DNA of 64,000 nt, from assembly GCF_030144855.1 (NCBI RefSeq), contig NC_082721.1, forward strand, positions 81,902,001-81,966,000, in the 5' to 3' direction. The DNA is from Hypanus sabinus. Taxonomy: Eukaryota. A program made the translations under genes and the position numbers. How positions within the stretch are numbered: the first letter of the stretch is position 1; each line of letters begins with the position of its first letter. This document shows positions 61,550-64,000 of this stretch, in pieces. The notes under the pieces were generated by a model. It had not been told where the DNA came from. It saw only the letters and a list, made by a program, of their open reading frames with translations, and did not search any database.

Positions 61550-62665
61550 GTTCAAAGTAAATTTATACAGTTCAAATTAAAAGTACCTGTATGTCACCAT
61601 ATACAAACCTGAAAATTAATGTTCTTTTGTGCATACACAGTAAATCCAAGAAAGGAAATGGAATCAATGAAAGACTGTACTCACCAGGACAGACAAGCAA
61701 TTAATATGCAAAGAAAACAACCTGTGCAAATACAAAAGAGAAAAAAGGATATTATAATAGAATCAATGAAAGACTGCCAAACTAGGGTGTTCAATCGGAG
61801 TGCAGAAGGCAACAAACTGCAAATACAAATAGAAGTAGTAATAATAAATTAACAATAAATGTCAAGAACATGAGATAAAGAGTCCTTGAAAATGAGACCA
61901 TGGTTGTGGGAACAGTTCAGTGATGAGGTGAGAAAAGTTATCCCCTGTGGTTCAAAACCTTGATGGTTGAGGGGTAATAACGGTTCTTGAACCTGATAGT
62001 GTTGATCTTGAGGCTCCTGGGCCCCTTCCAGATTGCAGCAATGAGAAGGGAGCTTAGTCTGGGTGGTGGGCGTCCATAATGGATGCTGCTTTCTTGCCAT
62101 AACACTCCATGTACAGTAGATATGGTCAATAATCTGCTCTTTGGTTTTGCCGACACTGGGTGAAAGGTGGTTGTTGTGGCTTTACCCGTGATGGACTGGG
62201 CCGTGTCCAATACTTTTTGCAGGGATTTCCATTCAAAGGCATTGGTGTTTCTGAACCAAGCTGTGATGCAAACAGACAATATACTCTGCACCATACATCT
62301 ATACAAGTTCTTCAGAGTTTTAGATGTCATGCCACATCTTTGCAAACTTCTAAGGAAGTAGAGGCACTGCTGTGCTTTCTTCATAATGACATTTACGTGC
62401 TGGACACAGGACAGATGCTTTGAAATTATAACACCAAGGAACTTCAAGTTGCTGACCCTCCCCACCTCTGATCTGATGAGAGCTGGCTCATGGAGCTCCA
62501 GTTTCCTCTTCTTGAAGCCAATAATCAGCTTCTTGGTTTTACTGACATTGAGTGCGAGGCTGTTGTAACACCACTCAGTCCAATTTTCAATCTCCCTCCT
62601 ATACACTGATTCTTCACTGCCTTTGATTCAGCCAACAATATTGTCATTAGCAAACTTAAATACGG
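61550..62665 (-). mobile_element. Rex/Babar LINE 3' portion
   Basis: ORF 61938-62606: LALNVSKTK, KFLGVIIS, KKAQQCLYFLR, RFKNRYYPSTIKVLN. Confidence 0.9.
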
Positions 62666-63139
62666 CATTTTTTGTCTCTTAGCTTATTTTTCTCGGCCAC
62701 CTTAGACAGATTCGCCTTCATAAAGTTATAATTGCACTTACTTAAATTGAAAGTTTTCAATTTTGTCTGCTCTTCATAATGACCCTTTCCCCTCTACAAT
62801 TCTACCTCTTGTTTCTCTTTGAAAGTTTACTTTCCAAGTTTTGATCAGGGCAGATCGACCTGAAATACTTGCTTTTGATCCGCTTCCCACAGAAGCTGGT
62901 GTGAAAACCCAACTCCCCAGCAAGGTGACCACGACCAAAGACCGTGTACACGTGGTTTTCCAATCACAAACAAGAGAAAATCTACAGTTGGAAATCCAGG
63001 TAACACACACAAGAAAGCTGGAGGAACTCAGCAGGCCAGGCAGCACCTCAGCTCGAAACGACGAGTTTTTACTCTTTTCCATAGCTGGTGCCTGGCCTGC
63101 TGAGATCCTCCAGCATTTTGTGTGTGTGACATATGGGTT

Positions 63140-63720
63140 TATTTCCGTGCGTTGCTATTGGCTGCATTCGTTGCCTCATCCAATAGGAGTAAGAGACGGT
63201 GTCCCAACATCCAATAGGAGTAACAGGCGGTGCCCCGCCCATTTGTGTTCTGCATCCGGCTGGGGTCGCAGTGCACGGCTGCAGATCGGGCATCTTCTTG
63301 CCGGGTGAGTCCGGGGTCTGTGCGGAGATCGCGGTGGGTAGGTCCCGAGACGAGGCGGAAAGTCACGAAACCGAGCGTCTGCCCGTCGGGTAACGGGGCC
63401 GCTGTCCCCTGCTGGGATATTGCTCCTACAGGTCGGCTGCGGTGTTCCCCTGTCTGAGAAGGCTGCTCGGACCCGTGTTGCTGCTGCTTCGCGCTGCTCG
63501 TTTTGTCCCAGGCTTTTGCCCAGAGGTGGAGGATGCGCCTATGTACGAAGCGTCTAGGCAACCTAGTCAGCCTGCATGAGAGGGCCGATTCCGCGCTGCA
63601 ATAACTACGGATCACTAGCATTAGAAAGCACCGGGCCTAGTGGGGTTAATATAGGTAGATACAACGGGAGGCGTGGAGCTGATATGCCAAGGGGACCGCT
63701 TCTGCAGTTTATAAGTAGTT
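63140..63720 (+). promoter_or_regulatory. DHPS CpG-island promoter and probable non-coding exon 1 (donor after 63304)
   Basis: CpG-rich; ATTGG 63157, CCAAT 63180 and 63211, GC box 63233-63240, donor CGG|GTGAGT; acceptor tctttacag|63775. Confidence 0.8.
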
Positions 63721-63834
63721 CTATGACCATGGCACGGCCTCAGGCTGTAATCCTATAACATGGTGTCTTTACAGTTGACTGGCTTCCTCATCCATTCCAA
63801 GGCCGTACCCCAAAAGAAGCTCATTGACCAGCCG

Positions 63835-64000
63835 ATGGAAACAGAGGGAATGGCAGAACCGGCTCCATCCTTGGCCCTGGACTCCGTTCTCAAACGGAGT
63901 ACCGCGATGCCTGAGGGCTCAGTGCAGATCAAGGGCTATGACTTCAACAGAGGTGTTGACCACCACGCGCTGCTGCAGTCCTACCTGACCACCGGTTATC
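63835..64000 (+). CDS. DHPS: Deoxyhypusine synthase first coding exon (3'-truncated by window edge)
   Basis: METEGMAEPAPSLALDSVLKRSTAMPEGSVQIKGYDFNRGVDHHALLQSYLTTGY; matches the DHPS N-terminus (AVLK.S..LP....V.GYDFNRGV...LL....TTGFQ). Missed by the ORF track. Confidence 0.95.
   Translation, partial: METEGMAEPAPSLALDSVLKRSTAMPEGSVQIKGYDFNRGVDHHALLQSYLTTGY

Noticed and set aside
63139-63621. 160-aa antisense ORF at the DHPS promoter
   Set aside because: GC-rich island artefact; no homology recognised.

Overview
Eukaryotic (vertebrate) genomic DNA, not prokaryotic. The repeat landscape (CR1, Rex/Babar, Penelope tails, tRNA-derived SINEs) suggests a cartilaginous fish, probably a ray; this is inference. 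Reading splice sites and translating by hand gives four genes in the order and relative orientation I recall for human 19p13.13: the 3' end of TNPO2 (+; six coding exons 1-3370, a 3'UTR intron and a long 3'UTR), a complete FBXW9 (+; CpG-island promoter ~18.2 kb, ten coding exons 33138-48250, 469 aa), an intact 72-aa G-protein gamma subunit at the GNG14 position (-; 54935-52343) and the start of DHPS (+; ATG 63835). Most entries in the ORF track are spurious or decayed LINE fragments. The most notable structure is in the 341-nt TNPO2 intron 467-807. It holds a perfect 10-bp hairpin with TACTAAC in its loop that buries both splice sites of a candidate 16-nt frameshifting (poison) microexon. Immediately downstream is a box C/D snoRNA with an 18S rRNA guide (SNORD135-like). 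Other findings: an inverted duplication bracketing eight FBXW9 exons (circRNA candidate), a LINE-donated branch point, Penelope-type hammerhead ribozyme relics, a solo LTR with TSD, and a captured exon-like fragment. All homology calls are from memory, with no database search; repeat boundaries are approximate.
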